DNA of 64,000 nt from Tubulanus polymorphus (taxonomy: Eukaryota > Animalia > Nemertea): positions 16,030,150 through 16,094,149 of the forward strand of contig NC_134026.1 in assembly GCF_964204645.1 (NCBI RefSeq). The letters run 5' to 3'. The notes under the pieces were generated by a model, which ran no database searches, was not told where the DNA came from, and worked only from the letters and a program-made list of their open reading frames with translations. A program made the position numbers and the translations under genes. Shown piece by piece: positions 23,822 to 35,572 of the stretch (the stretch's first letter is position 1; every line of letters starts with the position of its first letter).

Positions 23822-26800
23822 TTATTTCCTTTTCTTTTGTTTCTTCTCTTTTTTAAATTTTAGATATTCATCTAAATTGCAACCATACGCGACTGTATGA
23901 ATTCCATCATCTAAAATATATCTTTTATCATCAAATGGATTCAAACTAACCTTTTCAATTTCTTCAATAAACATTTCATGATCTTCAGATCTTAAACATC
24001 TCATCTTATGTTTTCTAACTTCTTCATTGAATATACAATTGATATAATCTTTGAAATGAATATTCTTTTCTACTACACTTTTAGTAATTCCTTTTAACTT
24101 TTTAGCTTCATGTTCTTTAGTTTTATATGAATACATTTTAGATCTAATACCAATGAATTCAATCATTTCTTCACCGCCTAATTCATCCTTAAACTTCCCG
24201 GGTCGCTTTTTATTATCATTGCTAAACAATTCATGATCTTTACGATAGTTACTAAAATCAAAATGATGTTTTAATGTTTTTAAATCATCAGTTATGTTAT
24301 TAGTTTTTATCTTTAATATGTAACTGTCAGTATCAAAGTATAGAATTTCAGTATGCTTTTCTCCTAAATGAGGTTGTAATACATTATAATAGAATTCATA
24401 CATCAATAACTTTGATATTTCTAAAACTGAAGCACCAACATAGATTGGTTTATTAAATTTCATAGATGTTCTTCTCATTTTAACTGCAGCTAAATTTTCA
24501 TCAAATATTCTGTTACCGATAAATTTAGGATATGTTTGTAAATGTCTAATTCTTTTACCATTACTAACTAACTCAATATCATTTCTATTTCTAATTTTTT
24601 TCATAAGTCTTACCATAGAATGCATTATTCATTAGTTTGAAGAAATCTTTCTCGAAATCAGTTTAAGCTTCAGTTCTCTGTTTGGTGTTAAAATCTATAT
24701 ATTTTTCTAACCATTTAGATTGACTGAATGAAATATATCTATGTACTTTTTTTAGAACCATTCCTTGATTCAAATAAAGCTTTAACATTCTATAATGCAC
24801 TACATAATTATATTTATCTTCCTGAGTTACCATTAACTTTTCTGTATGAATATGATTTTCGGGTTTAATTCTTTTTTGGTAATTTGATAATTCTTCATGA
24901 GTTACAGTTTTATGTTCTGGGCAGTATGCTAGATTTCTAGATTTAAATTTAATATGTTCAGGATATTCCAAGTCTACAACAAAGAAGTAACCAGTATCTG
25001 AATCATCTGCAATATCTAGAATTATTTTCTTCCAATCAAATTTATCATTATTTTCATGTTGTAAAACTTCACTTATTTCAAATACTCCATAAGGTTGTGG
25101 TTCCATCATTGCCCAACCATACAAATTATTTGCATCTATATATAATAACTTATATCCAGGGTTATCATTTACATTGAAATATCTATCGCCTAATACACCT
25201 GAAACTCCTCCATTTATAGATTTTTCAAATAATAATAATTGATCTATATTTGTTAACAAATCCATTTTTATATCTGTAAATTTTAAACCACAATCCCATG
25301 TTAAACCTGGTGATGAATAACAATGGCAAGGATCAATGTTAAAATATTTTAGGTTTACATCTCTAAACCTTTCGAATATATCTGATAATAATAATACATC
25401 TGATTTTAAATATAAATCTACTAATTGCCCATGATTTTTCATTTTGAAATAATTCCAAATATTCAATGTTCTATTATATACTTCATCTTTAACATATTCA
25501 TTTTTTAATTCATCATAGAATTGTTCTTTCAATAATTCAGTTATATTAAAATCATTATGATTTTTATAGAAAGAATATGGAATTGCTCCTTTATATCTCA
25601 TTAATTGGAAATCATCATTATTTGGATAGTGTTGTTTTAATATTTTTAATTCATCATCAACTAATGATTTTGATAAGTTATCTAATGAACTATTTGAAAA
25701 TCTATATGAATCTATAAATCTTAGACACCCAAACTGGAATGATATATAATTCTCAGATGTTTTAGCTAACATTTTAAATTTATAAGTTGGTATTTTATCT
25801 TTTGATCTATTTGAATTTAATCTTTCTAATTCATTATTAATTTCTTCTATTTTATGACATAACTGTTTGATAAATAAATGCGCATCATATCCTGATAGAT
25901 TATGAATTATTACTGGTACAAAGTTAATTTTCTTAGCTTGTAAGTTACAATTTTTCTTAGCTTGTAAGTTACAATTCTCATGTGCTGCGCCTCTAAACTT
26001 TCCATTCAAATGACTATGGTCTCTTACTTTTTTATCTTTATAATTGAATATGTTTTCACAATAATAACATTTATCTGCAAACCCAAATTCTTCTTTATCT
26101 TCTTCTGTCATTATAATTTCTATATTTTTATTTAACTTTTCATTAAATTTTATTTCATATTCAATTAATAAGTCACAAAAATGATTGATAACATTTTCAT
26201 TTCTATAATGATAATATTCACTTTCGTTTAGTTCTGGATAATCAGATTTAATATATAACCCGAAAGCAGCAGCTGATTGATGAATCTTTTTAATTGTATT
26301 TTTTTTTGGTGGTTTGAAAAATCATTTATATTAGAATTTAATTTGTTTCTTTTATAATATATTTCTTTTCTATCTTGATCAGTTAATTCTTTATTTAATG
26401 ATTCAAAATCTCCATATATAACAAATGGTACTTTATTTTTGTAATCATATTTTTTTGAATTCTAATATTTTATCCTTTTCATTTGGTAAAACTAATTTAC
26501 AATAATCATGATTTCACATAATTGTTAATGATTTAATAATGTACTTTCATTACTGAATCTATGTAAACATTTTCTACATAGATATATTTTATGGTGATCA
26601 TTTTCCGATTCAAAAAATAAATCGATTTGTTTAATCCACATATAATGATTTTCATAATATAGTATATCTATAACATCATTTGAATCATAATCTTTTGATA
26701 GGTATAAAGTTTCTAATGTATAATGTTTTATATCGTTGCCTTTTGTTTTTGGTAATTTGATTAAATCAAATACATTTATTCTTAAATTATTATCTCTTTC

Positions 26801-27804
26801 TATTTTTGGGATATTTTTAATTCTAACAGGATACTTATTAACATTTATCATCAAAATTTTGTACATTTATAACAGCATTAGTTTTAAATGGTAGTTTAAT
26901 ATAACTTGATGCTTCAATATCTGGTTCTTTATAATATGATACATTATTTTCATCTATTGGTTTTGATTTAGTTAACTTATTATATTTTGTGTTATAAACA
27001 TGTAAAGTCATAAATATTATTTCATCAAATATTAAACCTGATCCTTCAAAATATTTCTCTTCTATTTTAGTTTTTATTTCATTATAACATTTATCTAATT
27101 TATCATATATATGTTGTTTAGATATAATATGTTGTGAATGAGAATTTATATTATATATTGGTTTATCTTCAGATTTTATCAATTTTACTTTAGCAGATAT
27201 ACTAATTTTAGGGTATTCAACATCAGTTATTATTTTTATAATATTTTTCATATTTTCTAAATGTTTTTTATTTTCTTCTAATGTTTTTCCTTTATGAAAT
27301 TTAAACTCAATAGCTGCTGGACCAATATCACTTTCAAATGCTTCGGTTATTTCTATATCTTTTTGATTATCTAATGAATTAATATAATTTCTTACATCTT
27401 CCATGTATTTTATTGTTGAATTTATTTCTTATTCTTTTAATTGTCTTCTGTTTCTTATCATTATCTTCATCGAAATAATCCTCACCTAAAATATCATTAT
27501 TCTTATTTCTAATACGACTTTTAGATTTTAAATGTTCTTTATAATATCTTTTATCACTGAATGATTGATTACACGTATCACATTTGTATGTTTCTTTTTC
27601 ATTCTTTAATTCATCTAATTTAGTTTCTAATATATCATCTTCATATTCTAATTTCAATTTATTCTCTAAATGTGTTTTAGTTTTATTGTGTCTTGCTTTT
27701 TGGGATTTATCTATATTGATTTTACATGTTGAACAGTAGTACTTATTTGCTTCCATTTTAATACTTAATTTTTTTTTTAAATTGATTTGACACATTTTAT
27801 TCAT
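23822..27804 (-). pseudogene. Protein-primed family B DNA polymerase (pPolB) with N-terminal C2H2 Zn fingers, terminal-protein/vOTU-like region and EndoVII-like insert
   Basis: Exo motifs IYGDFES, HNLSGYDAH and YLKSDVLLL; pol motifs YIDANNLYGWAM, KLMNNAFYGK, YFDTDS and KLKGI; CYYC...VRDHSHLNGKFRGAAHENCN insert; split by several frameshifts and stops. Confidence 0.93.
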
Positions 27805-28073
27805 TTATGTTTTATTCATTTATATGTTATTCATGTATATATATATGAATTATTTCAATCACACTTTTCTAACACTTTTAATGTTTAAAAATCTAACTCA
27901 TACAAATATAAATATTGAAATATGTTTAAAATATATCTATATATCTATCTATAAGAGCTCGTTAATTACTCGTTACTTTTTTACTCACACTTTACCAACA
28001 CTTTTATATTGAATAATCTATCAATTTATATGTTATTCATATATATTTCATTCATGTATATGAATATTTTAAG

Positions 28074-28261
28074 AGTAATAGGGGTAATGGGCTTTCAGGT
28101 TAAAGGTTGAAGGGGCGAGTGAGTAAAAAATGAAAATAACAATAATTTCTACTTGAATTAGTAGTGTGCGCGACTAATTCAAGTAGAAATTATTGTTTTT
28201 TTCATTTTTTACGAGCTCGGCCCTTCGACCTTTGGCTTGAAAGCCCATTACCCCTATTACT
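28074..28261. mobile_element. 188-bp near-perfect palindrome (foldback MITE-like element)
   Basis: AGTAATAGGGGTAATGGGCTTTCA... / ...TGAAAGCCCATTACCCCTATTACT; inner arms AACAATAATTTCTACTTGAATTAGT / ACTAATTCAAGTAGAAATTATTGTT. Confidence 0.75.
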
Positions 28262-28369
28262 GCTGTGAACACTGACCGAATAACGCAGCATAACTCTACA
28301 CACGCGCTATAATGTCGTATACTGCGGATAGAAACAGTTTTTAATGAACTATGAGTCTAGTCCTCTTCC

Positions 28370-28530
28370 ATCATCCAGTCGACCAGTCAACCAGACATCC
28401 AGTTGACCAGTCGTCCCGTCACCTAGTAACGCGGTCATCAGGTCTACCAGTCGTATAGTCACCCAGTCATTCATTGAGCCATCCAGTCGATCCAGTTATC
28501 CAGCCACTCGGTCATTCTGTCAACCAGTCA
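28370..28530. repeat. Degenerate 8-bp tandem repeat (CCAGTCRN)
   Basis: Repeated CCAGTC cores at ~8-bp spacing. Confidence 0.6.
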
Positions 28531-30342
28531 GATGCGCGAATACTCTGTAGGGCTGATGAATATAGATACGGAATGTGATTCGTCCTGGAACTACTTAACC
28601 GGATTCTACACATTGGCCATTACCTCTAGTAATTACCAGTCAATTAGTGGTAAACACTAACTGTCAAATATTGAGTTCAATGAAGCAAGCAGTATTTTCA
28701 TAGATTCTTGTTCTTGAACAACTAGTTCTTGACATGAGTAAGTAAGTAAAGTACACCGTAAGAAGTTACAAATCTTATTTCACAATGCATAGGAATCTGT
28801 GAAAGCTGCAGCGCTCTGTTACAGTGACGAGTATAATTTTCCACATTTTGAGCGGTTAATTAATAGCCTATTAGTGATAGACCAAAAATGTATTTCTTAA
28901 GATCCAATTGCAAGAAACTTTGTTGAAGATGCCCTTCTTGAAATCTTTTGTTCTCTTTCGAAACATTTCCCATAAGATCGTATTCCTTGTTCAACGTTAA
29001 GCTCTAAGCACAATGAACTCCAATATTTAATTCAGTATGAGTTCTGTATGCGACAAAATCGAATACGGTCGCGTATAAGATTTAAATCGATAATTGCCAC
29101 GTGAGTCTTGAGGCTAGCAAGTCGCTAGTTTCGGATTGGAATCATATGGCAGTATGGAAGTATCCTTTCATTCATGAACGATCATTTTTCCCATATTCCA
29201 TTAATAATGAGTTGAATGATCCCCCACGTAGTTCTAGCATTGACATTGAGCCCAGCTAGGACTTAATTGCAGTCCGATGTAGAAAATGAAAATGAAAACT
29301 TCGTACACCGAAGTGCCGGGGTGCAATCTATTTTAGGAATTAATTACGCAATGAGAGTCGTTCCAACTATTTGAAAATATTACATTATAAATACAAATCG
29401 TGAATATATTGGATTTCTCCCAAAGAAATCTCGCTAACATAATTCGTATCTGGTTTCTCGCATTAGGTATTAATCATCACATCCCCAGTGAGGTCCTGCT
29501 AAAGTACGAAACTACGAAATTACGGAATATGAAACGAAATTACGAAATATGGAGCAAAATTACGAAACGAAATTACGAAATTACAAAACTACGAAACTAC
29601 GAAATTAAGAAATTACGAAATACGAAACGAAATTACGAAACTACGAAATGGTCACATTTCAAACACACGCCCATACTATGGTCAAAGCTCGTTATAACGC
29701 TACGGGACTGTAAAAATCTCGGCGGTGCATGTAAATGATCTTTTGAAAGTACCATATTCAAGAATTTATTTTCTTAAACTGGAGGGTTTTAAGAACGTCT
29801 ACAATTAGTAGAAACTTGTAGGATGTTCTCAAAAACAAATAATGAATACGCTGCGCCATTTCCACGAACTCAGACGCGGTAAAGCATAGTGAAATGATAG
29901 GCCCTACACATGGACTACATGACGATCTTTTTACCGCTTAACAGCGTAGTGACGAGCAATTTGAAAAAAATTCCGGCCGTGAATTTTCTTTTCGAATCCG
30001 CATCCCTTGCAAAATCCAGACAGGGTAAAGGTCTTAGTTTATTTCATTTTGATAATGGAAAATTTTTGTTTTCTTCAGCTCATACAGGTTCTGTATTAAA
30101 AAATTGTAATTTTGTATTTTTGCAAAATTTTTCTAATGAATACATGTAGTAGGATTTTTTGTAAAAGTTCCTATAAATGTTATAATTTTCTTTTCTTTAC
30201 CCTTATTTGAGGGAGTATTCATTGAGTAGAAGTATTCTTGGGAATTCCCCACTCTCGGTCCTTCACTTCGTCGATACGACGGTACATCGTCGTTGGAGCT
30301 CCTCTGATGAATGCTGGTGAATTTTGCCATGGATCTACAGGG

Positions 30343-30470
30343 AGGGGGTCATTCATAGAAGTATGTACGTAAGAGGGGGGGGGGGGTATGGAAAACAGTA
30401 CAGAGAGCGTACATGGGGAGGGGTTAAAAATACCCGGAAGTAAAGCGTACGTACTTTATGCACAGCCCCT
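30343..30470. mobile_element. Small MITE nested in copy A
   Basis: Imperfect TIRs GGGGTCATTCATAGAAGTATGTACG / CGTACGTACTTTATGCACAGCCCCT with an internal G-run. Confidence 0.6.
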
Positions 30471-30783
30471 CTCAAGCGTGCTAGTCACTAGCCCGACCGA
30501 TATACATGTAGCAGAAAGGAAAGGCAAGCGCTTCACGCGACACCGAGCTCGTAACCGCGATAGGATTACACGGTGGACACGGGCCGACATATCTGAACCT
30601 GTCTAGTATCAATCATTTAGCTCAGAAAAAAATTAATGTACAGGGTAGATTAGCGGCCGGTCGTGTCAACTTTTAAGCTCCTCAGCAGAGGAGAAACGAG
30701 GTATCAATTTTTTAGCCTAAACACTGCAGGATATATTTTAAGGCACACTTCGTTCTCTAACCCGTAATTTATTTATCGCTACC

Positions 30784-31281
30784 TGTTGCGGTCCGTTTCC
30801 TTTTTTTTACTGCTCTGACGGGTGTCCGGCTCGCCGACCGCATTGTGCAATCTGAGTTTAGGGTTTTCGGCGCGTGTCGCGTTTCTTACCCGTGTGGGTT
30901 CCTTAGTTTAGTTTTGTTATTGCCGCAACGTTTTCGGTGAGTTGGTTGTTTTTCGTAGTTGCTACTATTAGCCCTGTCTATGGGCGTGTTGGTTTAAAGT
31001 TATTAAAATTAGCGTATCGGTTTTATACTTAGTGTGACTTAATATTAGCCTTCTAGTCTAAGTGGCACGTGGGGGGGGGGGGCAGCACCGGTCGGTACCT
31101 GTAGCACATGAAAGTTTCTAATGTATGTTATACGTGTATCGTTTGTTTTTTGTAGTTAATCTTATCCGATCGCTTCCTCATACCGGAATAAATTCAATTC
31201 AGAACGATATAGCGGCGTTGTGGTGATTTTGTCGTAGAGGTATATGTCGACGAGTACCTCAGTCTTAGTCTACCCCTTACA
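30784..31281. mobile_element. Solo LTR (498 bp, TG...CA, 5-bp TSD CTACC)
   Basis: CTACC|TGTTGCGG...CCCTTACA|CTACC; the paralogous copy B has the empty site with a single CTACC; internal AATAAA at ~31187. Confidence 0.85.
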
Positions 31282-34097
31282 CTACCTTCCAGTTGTATAT
31301 GAGCATGCGCAGATCATTCTCCCTGATGGCATCGCTAAACTCAGTCGCGGCACGGAACCCTGCCACACTAGACCGGGTGCGCATGTTTAAGCCAGCTCCA
31401 CGAATCCGCTGCTATAGCGCAAAAAATTACAACATTTTCGTTTCGTATTACATTTTATACTTTAGCAGGACCCGCGAAAAAATGACCATTTCGTTTCGTA
31501 GTTTAGCATTTCGTATAGTATTTCGTTTCGTACTTTAGCATTTCTTAATTTCGTTTCATATTTCGTAATTTCGTTGCATATTTCTTAATTTCGTAGTTTT
31601 CGTACCCTCCCCAGTGATTATCTTTTTAGTTTTTGCGGCTTCCTATATACAGATGTTATTGTCGAGTACCTCCTTGCCACATTTCCAGCCGTTTATCAAT
31701 ATGTTACACAAGTTGTAATCGCAATCAAACGAGTGGAATCACTGTTTCGAGTCTCTGTACCGAATGTTTATACAGCTGTGTAGAAATATCCAATTTCAAA
31801 CTCGAAGGTTTTATGCAGCTGTGTAGAAATATCCAAGTTCAACTTCGAATGTTTCTACAGTGTAGTATGTCAATGTCTCATTACAGCGTCGACTGGATGA
31901 ATCGTGCTTCCTCGTAATACGCTATGTCCACATGAACACTTCCATTGTGTAAACCGCTTTTCCGCGAGTAAACCAATTTTGCGTAAAACGAGGTTAGAGT
32001 TTAGGCTAAATAACTGTGAAAGGAGATTACTATCATGCATCTACTGCATACCCTACATTTTTTATGTAATCTTAACCGTACCTTACATACCGCGGTGCAA
32101 TTCAGCCAACTCGTCTGAAAACTTCTCTGAGACCCATAAAGGTGCCCATCATGATACAGAAGTAGTCCTGGTGTACAACAAACACAACATTTCATTTACA
32201 GACTAATAGCGACAAAACGTTATATAACAACGGTTTCTTTGAATGATACGTTATTTTCAAACCTTCATATCTTAGCTATCAAAGATAACCTAACCAAAAA
32301 TATATGAAAGAAGAGAACCTCAACTATTAAGCTAGCTCTCCGAGATTATTTAGATTCTGAATGATATATGTATCACACTTTTTGCTTGCAGAATTGTCCA
32401 TTTCCACACTTTTTAATGAAAGCTAAAACTGATGATTAGGAATTCTAGTGAAACAACCTGCCTCTTTTTCGACATGATTACGCAGTCTCCAGGACTGGTT
32501 GGCAAACGAACTATGGCGTCACGTGCACCACCTATATTATTAACACTGAATCTCCATTGCTATTCGATTTTCATCACTTCAATGGCTATTACTATAGATC
32601 TCTGATATAGACACGTAGCTGAGGCCAGACAGTCAAATTCAATACAATGAGACATTTACATGGCAGATCCCCAAACTTGTATATGACTATATTGTTGTAA
32701 TGTATGGCAAGTTTACAACACTGACGGGCAAACAAATTATGACGTCACGTGCAATATGTCTATACCGGTAGAGATAGTGCAGGTGACGTCATTTTAACGA
32801 ACGGTCTGTTGAATCGGAAATTCACATGACGGATACCAGAATTTGTAAATCATCATTTCTTACATTTTGCTGTTGTCACATATGGCAAGTCTGCACAACA
32901 CTAACGTGTAAATTTAAAAGAAAATGCACCACCGAAAATGTAAGGATATTCTACGAATGATTGTAGTGATTGAACGTACGCATATTGCCATCGGTGGTGT
33001 GTTTAATTCTTGGATAAAATCACGTTCGACATATAACCTGAGGGAAAAGTTAATTAAAATGAAAGTTCATGAAAAAAGTCATCACTCTTCTGCAAAGAGT
33101 TCTCTATGATTAGTAGATACGATTGAAGCCTATTATTATAGATTATAGATTATTGGAGATGACTAACTGGTTACAAATTGCAATGAAATCTAATCGAACA
33201 GGATTCATAAACTAGTCTAAATATATCAACGAATACATATATACATGTCCGAAAATAACATGATATATACGTTAATGCTGGCTATGGAAATTCGATAACG
33301 AACGTTCTGCAGGCAAACTCGGTCTTCACAGAAACAACATAAGCATCGACAGTGATTATAGATTGCTAACATGAAGAATATCTCTTCGCACTGAAAACAC
33401 TAACCTTGGGTTGACAACCAAAGTTGCAGTTACAACAGCAGTGGTTTCTTCTTGTATCTAGGCCTCAGTCGTACATTGTGTGTTGCTAGCCTGTAAAATG
33501 TGAATGTTACTATGTGAACAAGATTATATTGTCCTTGCTGTCGTGTCAAGTAAAAGCTCACTCACCAACACCAACTAATTGATAAAAAGCCACGTCGACT
33601 GCTACTGGGAATAATTTCAGCTAGCTTTCATCTCATATTGTGTGTTCATAATTCCATTAACGGCGGATCGATGACGAGTGATCTAGTACGTACAAAACAT
33701 GTAGTTGAATCTTTTAGCAAAATACCAATATACATAACGGTCATGGCTGTGATTAGCCCGTTTCAAAATGATTTAACATTAAAATGTATTGCGTCGTCGC
33801 GATAATTGTATTTCTAGGGAATATGCGTGCACAGTCAACTCCCCGACAAAGGTCCGTTGTCAAAAGGTTGTCAAAAGTTTGAATTAAGCGATGTTTACTC
33901 TATATGTGGCATACAACCCAGTGAAAGAAATGAAAAAAGCGTGATTTCTGTGATTTCTATATGTACATATGATATGGGTGATATGAAATGATACGATGAA
34001 TCATCGTCTCCAATGAATGTTCATGTATAACTGTAGAAAGACAGCGTCGTCGTTACGAAATGGTGAATCGCGCTGTGAAGGCAGATATCCCCAGTGA

Positions 34098-35053
34098 AGG
34101 GGTACTTCTAAAGTACGAAACTACGAAATTAAGAAATATGCAACGAAATTACGAAATGCAAAACGAAATTAATAAATGCTTAAGTACGAGACGAAATACT
34201 ATACGAAATGCTAAACTACGAAACGAAATGGTCATTTTTTCTCGGGTCCTGCTAAAGTATAAAATGTAATACGAAACGAAAATTTTGTAATTTTTTTGCG
34301 CTATAGCTTGGAGCTGGCTTAAACATGCGCACCCGGTCTAGTGTGGCAGGGTTCCGTGCCGCGACTGAGTTTAGCGATGCCATCAGGGAGAATGATCTGC
34401 GCATGCTCATATACAACTGGAAGGTAGCGATTAATAAATTACGGGTTAGAGAACGAAGTGTGCCTTAAAATATATCCTGCAGTGTTTAGGCTAAAAAATT
34501 GATACCTCGTTTCTCCTCTGCTGAGGAGCTTAAAAGTTGACCCGACCGGTCGCTAATCTACCCTGTACATTAATTTTTTCTGAGCTAAATGATCGATACT
34601 AGACAGGTTCAGATATGTCGGCCCGTGTCCAAAAGATCGTCATGTAGTCCATGTGTAGGGCCTATCATTTCACTATGCTTTACCGCGTCTGACTTCATGG
34701 AAATGGCGCAGCGTATTCATTATTTGTTTTTGAGAACATCCTACAAGTTTCTACTAATTGTAGACGTTCTTAAAACCCTCCAGTTTGAGAAAATAAATTC
34801 TTGAATATAGTACTTTCAAAAGATCATTTACATGCACCGCCGAGATTTTTACAGTCCCGTAGCGTTATAACGAGCTTTGACCATAGTATGGGCGTGTGTT
34901 TGAAATGTGACCATCTCGTTTCGTATTTCGGTTCGTATTTTAGCACTACTGGCAAAAAAATTTCCATTTCGTAATTTCTTAATTTCTTAATTTCGTAGTT
35001 TCGTAATTTCGCTCCATATTTCGTAATTTCGTAGTTTCGTACTTAAGCAGGAC
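34098..35053 (-). mobile_element. Non-autonomous TIR DNA transposon, copy B (inverted relative to copy A), flanked by CCCCAGTGA on both sides
   Basis: Reverse complement of 29492-31608 lacking the two extra segments. Confidence 0.8.
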
Positions 35054-35572
35054 CCCCAGTGAAGTTCGTTACTTGTTCCTTATTCCTTATTCCGTTACTT
35101 ATTGAGAATTCATCTCCCAATAAGGAACAAAGAACCATTACTTGTTCCCGATTCTTTTGCTTCTTATATCACTTAAACACCATCGATTCGCCGTTATGGT
35201 TAAAGCATCGGCGCATCCTCTTGTATCGAGTACCTCCAAAAACCGACGTCCATTCAAATCATAATTTATTTCAAAGGTAAGCGGTAAAACAATTTTATCT
35301 TAATACTGTCGAAAAAAGATTATGTACAGATATACAATCATATAAAGATATACACATGTAATAGTATCAATTGTTATTTTAGATTAGAATACGTCAATAA
35401 TTGAATTGAATTGACCGGCACACAGTCTAACCCGATATATCGATGACGTAGCTCACATCCTACAAAATATAATTATCAATATTTATCTAAAATAAGATAA
35501 AAGAGTTATGAAATATTTATACTTATAAAGTGACTGCCAAAATTGTAATTGTTACTTTGAATCACACAAAAC

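Larger units (their letters stand above)
15018..28070. mobile_element. Decayed Polinton/Maverick-type endogenous dsDNA virus (adintovirus-like)
   Basis: Abrupt shift to very AT-rich, intronless, tightly packed genes; integrase, packaging ATPase, MCP, mCP and pPolB all recognisable; TIRs and TSD not found. Confidence 0.93.
29492..31608 (+). mobile_element. Non-autonomous TIR DNA transposon, copy A (ACGAAATT-rich subterminal repeats), flanked by CCCCAGTGA on both sides
   Basis: Inverted (ACGAAATT/ACGAAACT)n ends; near-identical reverse-complement copy at 34098-35053; carries extra segments. Confidence 0.8.

Noticed and set aside
28158-28175. AGTAGT as a possible Polinton terminal motif
   Set aside because: It lies in the loop of the 188-bp palindrome, points the wrong way for a right end and has no counterpart at the left end
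29400-29738. ORF with repeated RNYE motifs (also 34060-34269)
   Set aside because: Translation of ACGAAATT subterminal repeats
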